NCBI GenBank assembly: GCA_964016885.1
Contig: OZ024745.1
Coordinates: forward strand, 14,880,001 to 14,944,000
Length of the DNA stretch: 64,000 nucleotides
Direction: 5' to 3'
Source: Eledone cirrhosa
Lineage: Eukaryota
The position numbers and the translations under genes were made by a program. The notes under the pieces were generated by a model. That model made no database searches. It was given only the letters and a program-made list of their open reading frames with translations, and was not told the origin of the DNA. Below are positions 14,326 to 27,978 of the stretch, in pieces. Every line of letters starts with the position of its first letter. Position 1 is the first letter of the stretch.

Positions 14326-15260
14326 TCTATATATATAAAACTGAGGTTGTCTGTCTGTCTGTCGATTTTTGGCACACATCTCCTCTTAGAATCTCTCACG
14401 GAATTGCACCGAAATTGCTATACTTGTACATTGAGCCCTAGCGAAGATATCGGAAAAAAATATTTCAAATTGACCCACCCTATGTGACGAAATCGAATAT
14501 AATGTAACGATTTTTGAGCGTAAGTTATCAGTTATTTCCCTTTGTTCTGTTTACATGGAGCGTCTTACGTAAAAAATTACGCTGGCTTTCTCAGCGTTTA
14601 AAATGACATTAACACAATACACGAACAGTTGTCGATCCATTTAAAAGCATTTTAAAACAATATTTTTACTTGAAAACAAGTCTATTTAAAGACTACGTAA
14701 AACAAGCAAATATTTCGTAAAAAAAAGCAAAAATTATATAAGTTTATTTAAAATATATGTATCTGTAAATTTCGTTAGGCGTGCAGACAGACAGTCGTGC
14801 AGACAGACAGTCGTGCAGAGAGGTGATATACGCGTGCAGACAGATAGTCGTGCAGAGAGGTGATATAGGCGTGCAGACAGACAGTCGTGCAGAGAGGTGA
14901 TATAGGCGTGCAGACAGACAGTCGTGCAGAGAGGTGATATAGGCGTGCAGACAGACATAACTGATAATTTGGTTACGCTAATGTTTTTCTCTGCGTTGCA
15001 GTGTTTACATTTTCGATCTTTGTTAATAAATAACCAGTGCAGTTTTTATCCCCAGCATCCTCTTTTGTTATAACATTCGGGTTATCGTTATGTTTTCTTA
15101 ACTTCATAAGGCATATTGTTGGTTGAGGGAATATTAATCAAAAACACCACATGCAAGTCTGCACAGTAGACACTACAGTTTTTAAGCCAAAAGAAACTTA
15201 ACATTGTAACTTTAGCACAGCTACTGAGCGACCCCGAGCAACGCGGGGCTTTATTGCTAG
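14326..15260 (+). mobile_element. Helitron family C, copy 3 (935 bp)
   Basis: Same termini and flanks; one A fewer in an A-run and a few substitutions. Confidence 0.95.
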
Positions 15261-17453
15261 TATTACTATATAATATTAACGCACGGTCCATATAGTTGAG
15301 TGTGCGGCTGTTGTTATAATATTACTATATAATATTAACATACGGTCCATATAGTTGAGTGTGCGGCCTTTATAATATTACTATATAATATTAACACACG
15401 GTCCATATAGTTGAGTGTGCGGCTATTATAATATTACTATATAATATTAACATACAGTCCATATAGTTGAGTGTGCGGCTATTATAATATTACTATATAA
15501 TATTAACACAAGTTCCATATAGTTGAGTGTGCGAGTGTTGTTATAATATTACTATATTATTAACACAAGGTCCATATAGTTGAGTGTGCGGCCTTTATAA
15601 TATTACTATATAATATTAACACACGGTTCATATAGTTGAGTGTGCGGCTGTTGTTATAATATTACTATATAATATTAACACAAGATCCATATAGTTGAGT
15701 GTGTGGCTATTATAATATTACTATATAATAGTAACATACAGTCCATATAGTTGAGTGTGCGGCTATTATAATATTACTATATAATATTAACACACGGTCC
15801 AATTAGTTGAGAGTGCGGCTGTTGTTATAATATTACTATATAATATTAACATACGGTCCATATAGTTGAGTGTGCGGCTGTTGTTATAATATTACTATAT
15901 AATATTAACACAAGGTCCATATAGTTGAGTGTGCTGCTGTTGTTATAATATTACTATATAATATTAACATACGGTCCATATAGTTGAGCGTGCGGATGTT
16001 ATAATATTACTATATAATATTAACACACGTTCCATATAGTTGAGAGTGCGGCTGTTGTTATAATATTACTATATAGTATTAAAACACGGTCCATACAGTT
16101 GAGTGTGCAGCTGTTGTTATAATATAACTATATTATATTAACACACGGTCTATATAGTTGAGAGTGTGGCTGTTATAATATTACTATATAATATTAACAC
16201 AAGGTTCATATAGGTGAGAGTGCGGCTGTTGTTATAATATTACTATATAATATTAACACAAGGTCCATATAGTTGAGTGTGCGGCTGTTGTTATGATATT
16301 ACTATATAATATTAACATACGGTCCATATAGTTGAGTGTGCGGCTGTTATAATATTACTATATAATATTAACATACGGTCCATATAGTTGAGTGTGCGGC
16401 TGTTATAATATTACTATATAATATTAACATACGGTCCATAATAGTTGAGTGTGCGGCTGTTGTTATAATATTACTATATAATATTAACACAAGGTCCATA
16501 TAGTTGAGTGTGCTGCTGTTGTTATAATATTACTATATAATATTAACATACGGTCCATATAGTTGAGTGTGCGGATGTTATAATATTACTATATAATATT
16601 AACACACGTTCCATATAGTTGAGAGTGCGGCTGTTGTTATAATATTACTATATAGTATTAAAACACGGCCCATACAGTTGAGTGTGCGGCTGTTGTTATA
16701 ATATAACTATATTATATTAACACACGGTTTATATAGTTGAGAGTGTGGCTGTTATAATATTACTATATAATATTAACACAAGGTCCATATAGGTGAGAGT
16801 GCGGCTGTTGTTATAATATTACTATATAATATTAACACACGGTCCATATAGTTGAGAGTGCGGCTGTTATAATATTACTATATAATATTAACATACGGTC
16901 CATATAGTTGAGTGTGCGGCTGTTGTTATAATATTACTATATAATATCAACATACGGTCCATATAGTTGAGTGTGCGGCTGTTGTTATAATATTACTATA
17001 TAACGTTAACACACGGTCCATATAGTTGATTGTGCGGCTGTTGTTATAATATTACTATATAATATTAACATACGGTCCATATAGTTGAGGGTGCGGCTGT
17101 TGTTATAATATTACTATATAATATTAACATACGGTCCATATAGTTGAGTGTGCGGCTGTTATAATATCACTATATAATATTAACACACGGTCCATATAGT
17201 TGAGTGTGCGGCTGTTGTTATAATATTACTATATAATATTAACATACGGTCCATATAGTTGAGGGTGCGGCTGTTGTTATAATATTACTATATAATATTA
17301 ACATACGGTCCATATAGTTGAGTGTGCGGCTGTTATAATATTACTATATAATATTAACACACTGTCCATACAGTTGAGTGTGCGGCTGTTGTTATAATAT
17401 TACTATATTATATTAACACACGGTCCATATAGTTGAGTGTGCGGCTGTTATAA

Positions 17454-18389
17454 TCTATATATATAAAACTGAGGTTGTCTGTCTGTCTATCGATTTTTGG
17501 CACACATCTCCTCATAGAATCTCTCACGGAATTGCACCGAAATTGCTATACTTGTACATTGAGCCCTAGCGAAGACATCGGAAAAAAAATATTTCAAATT
17601 GACCCACCCTATGTGACGAAATCGAATATAATGTATCGATTTTTGAGCGTAAGTTATCAGTTATTTCCCTTTGTTCTGTTTACATTGAGCGTCTTACGTA
17701 AAAAATTACGCTGGCTTTCTCAGCGTTTAAAATGACATTAACACAATACACGAACAGTTGTCGATCCATTTAAAAGCATTTTAAAACAATATTTTTACTT
17801 GAAAACAAGTCTATTTAAAGACTACGTAAAACAAGCAAATATTTCGTAAAAAAAAGCAAAAATTATATAAGTTTATTTAAAATATATGTATCTGTAAATT
17901 TCGTTAGGCGTGCAGACAGACAGTCGTGCAGACAGACAGTCGTGCAGAGAGGTGATATACGCGTGCAGACAGATAGTCGTGCAGAGAGGTGATATAGGCG
18001 TGCAGACAGACAGTCGTGCAGAGAGGTGATATAGGCGTGCAGACAGACAGTCGTGCAGAGAGGTGATATAGGCGTGCAGACAGACATAACTGATAATTTG
18101 GTTGCGCTAATGTCTTTCTCTGCGTTGCAGTGTTTACATTTTCGATCTTTGTTAATAAATAACCAGTGCAGTTTTTATCCCCAGCATCCTCTTTTGTTAT
18201 AACATTCGGGTTATCGTTATGTTTTCTTAACTTCATAAGGCATATTGTTGGTTGAGGGAATATTAATCAAAAACACCACATGCAAGTCTGCACAGTAGAC
18301 ACTACAGTTTTTAAGCCAAAAGAAACTTAACATTGTAACTTTAGCACAGCTACTGAGCGACCCCGAGCAACGCGGGGCTTTATTGCTAG
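17454..18389 (+). mobile_element. Helitron family C, copy 4 (936 bp)
   Basis: Same termini and flanks; a few substitutions. Confidence 0.95.
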
Positions 18390-20637
18390 TATTACTATAT
18401 AATATTAACGCACGGTCCATATAGTTGAGTGTGCGGCTGTTGTTATAATATTACTATATAATATTAACATACGGTCCATATAGTTGAGTGTGCGGCCTTT
18501 ATAATATTACTATATAATATTAACACACGGTCCATATAGTTGAGTGTGCGGCTATTATAATATTACTATATAATATTAACATACAGTCCATATAGTTGAG
18601 TGTGCGGCTATTATAATATTACTATATAATATTAACACAAGTTCCATATAGTTGAGTGTGCGAGTGTTGTTATAATATTACTATATTATTAAAACAAGGT
18701 CCATATAGTTGAGTGTGCGGCCTTTATAATATTACTATATAATATTAACACACGGTTCATATAGTTGAGTGTGCGGCTGTTGTTATAATATTACTATATA
18801 ATATTAACACAAGATCCATATAGTTGAGTGTGTGGCTATTATAATATTACTATATAATAGTAACATACAGTCCATATAGTTGAGTGTGCGGCTATTATAA
18901 TATTACTATATAATATTAACACACGGTCCAATTAGTTGAGAGTGCGGCTGTTGTTATAATATTACTATATAATATTAACATACGGTCCATATAGTTGAGT
19001 GTGCGGCTGTTGTTATAATATTACTATATAATATTAACACAAGGTCCATATAGTTGAGTGTGCTGCTGTTGTTATAATATTACTATATAATATTAACATA
19101 CGGTCCATATAGTTGAGCGTGCGGATGTTATAATATTACTATATAATATTAACACATGTTCCATATAGTTGAGAGTGCGGCTGTTGTTATAATATTACTA
19201 TATAGTATTAAAACACGGTCCATACAGTTGAGTGTGCGGCTGTTGTTATAATATAACTATATTATATTAACACACGGTCTATATAGTTGAGAGTGTGGCT
19301 GTTATAATATTACTATATAATATTAACACAAGGTCCATATAGGTGAGAGTGCGGCTGTTGTTATAATATTATAATATAATATTAACACAAGGTCCATATA
19401 GTTGAGTGTGCGGCTGTTGTTATGATATTACTATATAATATTAACATACGGTCCATATAGTTGAGTGTGCGGCTGTTATAATATTACTATATAATATTAA
19501 CATACGGTCCATATAGTTGAGTGTGCGGCTGTTATAATATTACTATATAATATTAACATACGGTCCATATAGTTGAGTGTGCGGCTGTTGTTATAATATT
19601 ACTATATAATATTAACACAAGGTCCATATAGTTGAGTGTGCTGCTGTTGTTATAATATTACTATATAATATTAACATACGGTCCATATAGTTGAGTGTGC
19701 GGATGTTATAATATTACTATATAATATTAACACACGTTCCATATAGTTGAGAGTGCGGCTGTTGTTATAATATTACTATATAGTATTAAAACACGGCCCA
19801 TACAGTTGAGTGTGCGGCTGTTGTTATAATATAACTATATTATATTAACACACGGTCTATATAGTTGAGAGTGTGGCTGTTATAATATTACTATATAATA
19901 TTAACACAAGGTCCATATAGGTGAGAGTGCGGCTGTTGTTATAATATTACTATATAATATTAACACACGGTCCATATAGTTGAGAGTGCGGCTGTTATAA
20001 TATTACTATATAATATTAACATACGGTCCATATAGTTGAGTGTGCGGCTGTCATAATATTACTATATAATATTAACACACGGTCCATATAGTTGATTGTG
20101 CGGCTGTTGTTATAATATTACTATATAATATCAACATACGGTACATATAGTTGAGTGTGCGGCTGTTGTTATAATATTACTATATAACGTTAACACACGG
20201 TCCATATAGTTGAGTGTGCGGCTGTTGTTATAATATTACTATATAATATTAACATACGGTCCATATAGTTGAGGGTGCGGCTGTTGTTATAATATTACTA
20301 TATAATATTAACATACGGTCCATATAGTTGAGTGTGCGGCTGTTATAATATTACTATATAATATTAACACACGGTCCATATAGTTGAGTGTGCGGCTGTT
20401 GTTATAATATTACTATATAATATTAACATACGGTCCATATAGTTGAGGGTGCGGCTGTTGTTATAATATTACCATATAATATTAACATACGGTCCATATA
20501 GTTGAGTGTGCGGCTGTTATAATATTACTATATAATATTAACACACTGTCCATACAGTTGAGTGTGCGGCTGTTGTTATAATATTACTATATTATATTAA
20601 CACACGGTCCATATAGTTGAGTGTGCGGCTGTTATAA

Positions 20638-21557
20638 TCTATATATATAAAACTGAGGTTGTCTGTCTGTCTATCGATTTTTGGCACACATCTCCTCTTA
20701 GAATCTCTCACGGAATTGCACCGAAATTGCTATACTTGTACATTGAGCCCTAGCGAAGACATCGGAAAAAAAATATATCAAATTGACCCACCCTATGTGA
20801 CGAAATCGAATATAATGTATCGATTTTTGAGCGTAAGTTATCAGTTATTTCCCTTTGTTCTGTTTACATTGAGCGTCTTACGTAAAAAATTACGCTGGCT
20901 TTCTCAGCGTTTAAAATGACATTAACACAATACACGAACAGTTGTCGATCCATTTAAAAGCATTTTAAAACAATATTTTTACTTGAAAACAAGTCTATTT
21001 AAAGACTACGTAAAACAAGCAAATATTTCGTAAAAAAAAGCAAAAATTATATAAGTTTATTTAAAATATATGTATCTGTAAATTTCGTTAGGCGTGCAGA
21101 CAGACAGTCGTGCAGAGAGGTGATATACGCGTGCAGACAGACAGTCGTGCAGAGAGGTGATATAGGCGTGCAGACAGACAGTCGTGCAGAGAGGTGATAT
21201 AGGCGTGCAGACAGACAGTCGTGCAGAGAGGTGATATAGGCGTGCAGACAGACATAACTGATAATTTGGTTACGCTAATGTTTTTCTCTGCGTTGCAGTG
21301 TTTACATTTTCGATCTTTGTTAATAAATAACCAGTGCAGTTTTTATCCCCAGCATCCTCTTTTGTTATAACATTCGGGTTATCGTTATGTTTTCTTAACT
21401 TCATAAGGCATATTGTTGGTTGAGGGAATATTAATCAAAAACACCACATGCAAGTCTGCACAGTAGACACTACAGTTTTTAAGCCAAAAGAAACTTAACA
21501 TTGTAACTTTAGCACAGCTACTGAGCGACCCCGAGCAACGCGGGGCTTTATTGCTAG
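20638..21557 (+). mobile_element. Helitron family C, copy 5 (920 bp)
   Basis: Same termini and flanks; lacks one 16-bp sub-unit of the internal minisatellite. Confidence 0.95.
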
Positions 21558-23596
21558 TATTACTATATAATATTAACGCACAGTCCATATAGTTGAGTGT
21601 GCGGCTTTTGTTATAATATTACTATATAATATTAACATACGGTCCATATAGTTGAGTGTGCGGCCTTTATAATATTACTATATAATATTAACACACGGTC
21701 CATATAGTTGAGTGTGCGGCTATTATAATATTACTATTTAATATTAACACAAGTTCCATATAGTTGAGTGTGCGAGTGTTGTTATAATATTACTATATTA
21801 TTAACACAAGGTCCATATATTTGAGTGTGCGGCCTTTATAATATTACTATATAATATTAACACACGGTTCATATAGTTGAGTGTGCGGCTGTTGTTATAA
21901 TATTACTATATAATATTAACACAAGATCCATATAGTTGAGTGTGTGGCTATTATAATATTACTATATAATAGTAACATACAGTCCATATAGTTGAGTGTG
22001 CGGCTATTATAATATTACTATATAATATTAACACACGGTTCAATTAGTTGAGAGTGCGGCTGTTGTTATAATATTACTATATAATATTAACATACGGTCC
22101 ATATAGTTGAGTGTGCGGCTGTTGTTATAATATTACTATATAATATTAACACAAGGTCCATATAGTTGAGTGTGCTGCTGTTGTTATAATATTACTATAT
22201 AATATTAACATACGGTCCATATAGTTGAGCGTGCGGATGTTATAATATTACTATATAATATTAACACACGGTCCATATAGTTAAGAGTGCGGCTGTTGTT
22301 ATAATATTACTATATAATATTAACAGAAGATCCATATAGTTAAGTGTGCGGCTATTATAATATTTCTATATAATATTAACATACGGTGCATATAGTTGAG
22401 TGTGCGGCTGTTATAATATTACTATATAATATTAACATACGGTCCATATAGTTGAGTGTGCGGCTGTTGTTATAATATTACTATATAATATTAACGCATG
22501 GTCCATATAGTTGAGTGTGCGGCTGTTATAATAACACACGGTCCATACAGTTGAGTGTGCGGCTGTTATAATATTACTATATAATATTAACATACGGTCC
22601 ATATAGTTGAGTGTGCGGCTGTTGTCATAATATTACTATATTATTAACACAAGATCCATATAGTTGAGTGTGCGGCTGTTATAATAACACACGGTCCATA
22701 CAGTTGAGTATGCGGCTGTTATAATATTACTATATAATATTAACATAGGGTCCATATAGTTGAGTGTGCGGCTGTTGTTATAATATTACTATATAATATT
22801 AACACATGGTCCATATAGTTGAGAGTGCGGCTGTAGTTATAATATTACTATATTATATTAACACACGGTCCATATAGTTGAGTGTGCGGCTGTTGTTATA
22901 ATATTACTATATAATATTAACACACTGTCCATGTAGTTGCGAGTGCGGTTGTTGTTATAATATTACTATATAATATTAACACACGGTCCATATAGTTGAG
23001 AATGCGGCTGTTATAATATTACTATATAATATTAACATACGGTCCATATAGTTGAGTGTGCGGCTGTTATAATATTACTATATAATATTAACACACGGTC
23101 CATATAGTTGAGAGTGCGGCTGTTATAATATTACTATATAATATTAACACACGGTCCATATAGTTGAGAGTGCGGCTGTTATAATATTACTATATAATAT
23201 TAACACACGGTCCATATAGTTGAGAGTGCGGCTGTTATAATATTACTATATAATATTAACACACGGTCCATATAGTTGAGAGTGCGGCTGTTATAATATT
23301 ACTATATAATATTAACACACGGTCCATATAGTTGAGAGTGCGGCTGTTATAATATTACTATATAATATTAACATACGGTCCATATAGTTGAGTGTGCGGC
23401 TGTTGTTATAATATTACTATATAATATTAACACACGGTCCATATAGTTGAGATTGCGGCTGTTATAATATTACTATATAATATTAACACACGGTCCATAT
23501 AGTTGAGATTGCGGCTGTTATAATATTACTATATAATATTAACACACGGTCCATATAGTTGAGAGTGCGGCTGTTATAATATTACTATATAATATT

Positions 23597-23788
23597 GGCA
23601 GAAGGCCAGCAATTTGAAAGGAATGGGAAAGACGATCAAATCTGCCACAGTACGTTAGCGGAACACTATTCATAACCCCCGTAAGGGTGAAATGTGAAGC
23701 TAACCTCGACGCGATTTGAACTCAGAACATAAAGGGACATAACTTTACTGATTACTGAATCTACTGATTACTGCCAATCGATCGTCCT
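23597..23788 (-). mobile_element. tRNA-derived SINE (family 1), degenerate
   Basis: Alignable by eye with the intact copy at 41830-42016 (GGCA.AAGGCCAGCAATT ... GATTTGAACTCAGA ... CTGCCAATC). Abuts the right end of the satellite. Confidence 0.75.
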
Positions 23789-23989
23789 TGGTGGCTGCTA
23801 TTTATCATTATTCCATTTTTATCGCAGAATTTATATTTTACGTATTTTTTAGTGTATTGAGATTTAATTACATGAACTATATTTTCTGTCTCCTTTGTCA
23901 CCATTGTATTAATACAAAGTCGCAATTTGGTTCCGTATCCTGTAGGAAATGTGTTGATGTCGCCTGCATTGGAGGGGTAAAGTGCGCAG

Positions 23990-24515
23990 ATGCGGCTGGA
24001 TTAAAGCCACTTTAAATAAAGAAGGTTTTGGTATGGAGAACAATTCACAAAATGAGAAAATATGGAAATCCAGACTGAAAATAAACATGAAAGTATGTCT
24101 GCTTGTGAAAGCAATGGAGTCTATTATATGGATGTGAAACACGGGCCATTGACTTGGCACTGGAGAGAAAAATGGACAGCTGCTATGCCAGAATGTTGCA
24201 CATGGCATTGAATGTGTCATGGCGAGGCACAATGAAAAATGAATATGGAGATCTACCACCAGTGTCGTCCAAGATAGACGTCAGGAGGATGAAGTTAACA
24301 GAACACTAGGTAAAGACAACCAGAGGAAGAGGTATCAAGATTGATACTTTGGACACTGCCATTGTGATAAAGAAGAGTCGGTCGTAGAGTAATGACCTAC
24401 ATTGATACACTCCTGAAAGACACTGGCTTCAACACAGGGGATGAATTGAGAACAGCAATGATGGACAGGGAGGATTTGTTATGAAGAACTGATTTGATGT
24501 GAGTCAAAGCTCGGT
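23990..24515 (+). mobile_element. RTE-clade LINE, decayed 3' part of ORF
   Basis: Frameshifted translation WRTIHKMRKIWKS..LYGCET..KMDSCYARMLHMALNVSW..YGDLPPVSSKI..RRMKL matches the C-terminal region typical of RTE ORFs. Confidence 0.75.
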
Positions 24516-24530
24516 TGATGTGAAGGATAC

Positions 24531-24721
24531 CCGCAGGTATGAGCCTCGAGAGCTGAAATGGCTTTTCCAAAGTTGCGTCTCCCTCAACATCCTCTATGGA
24601 AACGCCTTCTCTATTCTGTCCGCGGGGAATACGGGGCGGCCGTGAGGCTCGTTGAGTAATTCAGAGAGATGGGGAGAGTGAGAGAGTCGGAGGCAGTGAG
24701 TGGAAGAGAGAGAACATCAAC
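24531..24721 (+). mobile_element. CRE-like non-LTR retrotransposon, 3' fragment
   Basis: Homologous to 25057-25145 (EPREL.WLFQ...GNAFSIL). Purine-rich 3' tail shared with the copy at 32729-33083. Confidence 0.7.
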
Positions 24722-24829
24722 GCACACATGCACTTGATAATTCAGACATATAATACTAGGAGTCACTATAGCTTTCCCTCATCCGCCACCACATGCAGAT
24801 TTCTTCAAACACTCCCTTCTTCTAAACTT

Positions 24830-25187
24830 AAACCTCTCGTCTGGGATGCCACCTGCACCGACACCTTCTGCAGCCGCAACCTGGTGCAGTCTGCGATTAA
24901 CCCGAGTTCTGCTGCACATCGGGCTGAGGGGGCTAAACTTCTCAAATACTGGTCGCTCTCCGACAGGTTTGCGGTTCCCCTGGCAGTGGAGACTTCTGGT
25001 GTCCTCGGCCCCATGGCTACCTCCTTACTCACCACCACAGGCGCTGAGCTGGCCAGCCGCAGGTGTGAGCCCCGTGAGTTGGAGTGGCTTTTCCAGCGCG
25101 TCTCCCTTGCTGTCCTCCGGGGAAACGCCTTCTCCATTCTGACCGGGGGCTGTGGCGGAGCCCCATCGCGTATCATTCCATATTTAG
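24830..25187 (+). mobile_element. CRE-like non-LTR retrotransposon, restriction-like endonuclease (REL) fragment
   Basis: LVWDATCTDT...AE.AK..KY..L...PLAVETSG.LG...WLFQRVSLAVLRGNA..IL is the C-terminal REL signature of CRE-clade elements. 5'-truncated. Confidence 0.85.
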
Positions 25188-25679
25188 TAGTAATCGGTGT
25201 GTGCGTGTTTGTATATATATTGCTTTTGTTTTCATTCAGTATCATGTCATTCTTCATTGCTTTTCTCTAATAAAAATAATAATAACTGTTTAAAATGTTG
25301 AGGCTGAAAAATAAAAAATACCAATGAAATATAGTGACGTTTATTTGTATCCTCTCTTCTGAGCAATTAATTGATATTTAACGTATAATAGGAAATAATT
25401 TTCTCCTGCCTTTTCATGCCTCCTCGTTAAAATAATAAATCCAACTTTCTTCTCTTATCGACCCTTAGTGGTTATTTTATAATGCTTCTCGTCTACAATT
25501 TAACTTCAATCTTCTTTTGTGTGTGATTCTATCTAAATCTAAAGCGATAATAGATTAAACATAATTTACTTTTTCTTATAATTTCGGGACAGCAGATTTT
25601 AACTACGATAGTATGTATATTTGTTTGTTATTATTATTTTCTGGTCTTGTGCCAAAAGTAGAAACAATTATTATTTGCT

Positions 25680-26600
25680 TTACATTGAGTGAAGTCAGTT
25701 TCGAATTCATCAAGAGTTTTAATGATTTCTGTTCATCATTCTCGTGTTTTAATGATATAATACATTCAGCAGACATCTATGAGTATTCTATGGGCACATT
25801 CATCCCAGTATACAAATAGAGTTCCTTTTTTGTTATCTAATTCTTATCTAGAAATGTAACATATATTTCTACCATGTTGCCACACAGTGGTTAATATTCG
25901 ACATTAATACCGGTGATACATTATTCTATGGTGCATTGAATATATTTCCGTCGACAGTATACTATTAAGAAATTCATGCCATGCGTGTTTATTATAAAAA
26001 TTATTATGTTCAATAAGGGCACGATTAAACGATAATTATCATAACATCCATGTAATAATTCTCCCCCCCCCCCATATCTCACACGTTTCTACTACTTGGT
26101 TGTTTCTTTTGACGAATGGATATTGCTTTTTTTGTTCTATTAACCAGTCAGCTCTTACTTCTGGTCTCTTTAGTATTCCATTTAAGGCTGTTGCTAAGAG
26201 CTTAACCAGAAATTGGTATTTTATCGATTCTGGGAACTTTCCAGCCAACTCGATTGTTCTGGTCAATTCTTCGCTCGTTATACTGAGCCATCCGTGTAAT
26301 GGTATTGTTTTTCGAATCTACTTTCGTATCCATTTTACATCTTTATTATAATCGAGATTTGGCTCCATACGCTCTCCCAAACGTCTGGCTTTCTTTTACT
26401 GTTCATATAACTTTCACTGTGATGTCGATTTTTTCTAACGCTTGTCTCAGCCATCCCAACTACGATGTCTTTGCTATGATTATTTCTTCCTTTTTCTATT
26501 CCCATATCTCAAAATTGTCTTTCGTTCCTATTGTTTTACTTTATACATTTACATTTCTTTATCGCCAACGAAAGATATATTTGGTTTGTGTTTCATTGAT
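25680..26600 (-). mobile_element. Highly decayed R4/Dong-like LINE fragment (region upstream of and into RT)
   Basis: Broken minus-strand peptides WESVWS, YNKDVKWI, WKVPRIDKIP.FWL and ILKRPE...DWL resemble the R4 pre-RT region. Many frameshifts. Confidence 0.5.
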
Positions 26601-27412
26601 TTTGTGTAGATGAAAGAAGGAAATTATATGTTCTGAATTGGGTGAAGACTTCTACTACCTCCTTTTTGTTGAGGTTTGTTAGGTTAACTTGGCCCCTGAA
26701 TCTGAATTTGTAAGAGCTCTCAACAACATTGTTCATGGTACTGTATGTAATAAAGAGGAAGATACAACTTCCGTTATTGTTCAACTGTATCTCATCCCAA
26801 ATGCAGCAGAAATATATCGAATGACATTTCAGATTTGGCACTGCTTAAACAGTGTATTTACGTCTAGATTACTCAACTAGTCCTTTCTATATTAAAGTAA
26901 TGTTAAGGTATAATTTAAAAGGCATTTGACTGCTTTTTCTAGCAGGTTAGGTGACCAATTAGAGCACCCTCGTTTGGAACTCATATTAAATGTTTGCGGA
27001 TAACAGAAAGCCAGTAAGGCTACGATATATTCTGTGATACTGCCGTAGCACTTAATTATTGTAAATTCTCGGAAATTACTGTTGCCATCGAAACCTCAAC
27101 ACACAGATACACATATACACATACGCACACACAAACACATAGATACACATACACACAAACACACCAATAGACATACACGCACACGCACACATACTTATAC
27201 ATAAAAGCACACAAATAAACATGAGAAATAGCTGCTGTTAAATATTGCAGCGGAAACTGGTTAGATTATATGTAAACAGCTGTTTCTATAGTGTTATATA
27301 GTTTATCATTCTACCATTCTAAACCCCCAGTATATTTGAACATTCTACACACAAAACACAGACTCATGTATATATACACACATTGACACACTCACATATA
27401 TACATTGACACA

Positions 27413-27514
<102 letters not shown>

Positions 27515-27773
27515 AAATATAGGGGTGTAACAGAAGTACATTGGAAAGTATAATCATGACATATTAAATACATCTTTACTAGAATCAAGCTCGTGTTTCT
27601 AACAATCACAGCAGAAATATAACAAGATATCCTCCTTACCAGAACACAACACACAGTCATCTCTGTTCCTTGCTTCCTCTCTTTTCGCCATTTATCTTTC
27701 ATCATTGCAGTCTTCCATTTAAAGTAATTTTGTATTTTATGTGTGTTATTCAGAACGAAAGAGATATATTAAT

Positions 27774-27978
27774 GGTTTGTGGTTTAGGCACAAGGCCAAC
27801 CATTTGGAGGGAGGGCAAACTTTGATAAAATCAACCCCAGTGAGTTATTTTATGGCGCCCATAAAGCTGAAAGGTAAAGCTAACCTCGGCGGATTTGAAC
27901 TCAGAACGTAAGGCGACATAACTATATGCCGCAAAGCTTGTTGTCCGACGCTCGACCGATTATTGCCAATCCACCACC
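27774..27978 (-). mobile_element. tRNA-derived SINE (family 1)
   Basis: Homologous to 41830-42016; imperfect flanking duplication AGAGA(T/A)ATATTAAT. Confidence 0.85.

Larger units (their letters stand above)
2012..23596. repeat. Satellite array of 59-bp and 56-bp monomers (roughly 290 copies), interrupted by five Helitron copies
   Basis: Consensus ACACACGGTCCATATAGTTGAGTGTGCGGCTGT(TGT)TATAATATTACTATATAATATTA. Period 59 (e.g. 2221 to 2280), or 56 when one TGT is missing. Copy number estimated as ~16.9 kb / 58 bp. Confidence 0.98.

Noticed and set aside
10562-21588. Recurrent 67-110 aa ORFs (MSVCLSIF..., MSVCTPIS..., MDRALILY...)
   Set aside because: They recur only because the Helitron is repeated. 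One is broken by a 1-bp indel in copy 3, one is read from the minisatellite, and one crosses the element boundary. No RepHel motifs.
2012-23596. CRISPR-like repeat/spacer array
   Set aside because: Monomers are contiguous with no unique spacers, the inserts are five copies of the same element, and the context is eukaryotic with no cas genes.
2012-23790. Hypothesis that the whole satellite is the expanded interior of Helitron B
   Set aside because: Helitron B has its own degenerate 3' end at 1984-2011, before the array, and no hairpin plus CTAG follows the array, which ends at a SINE.
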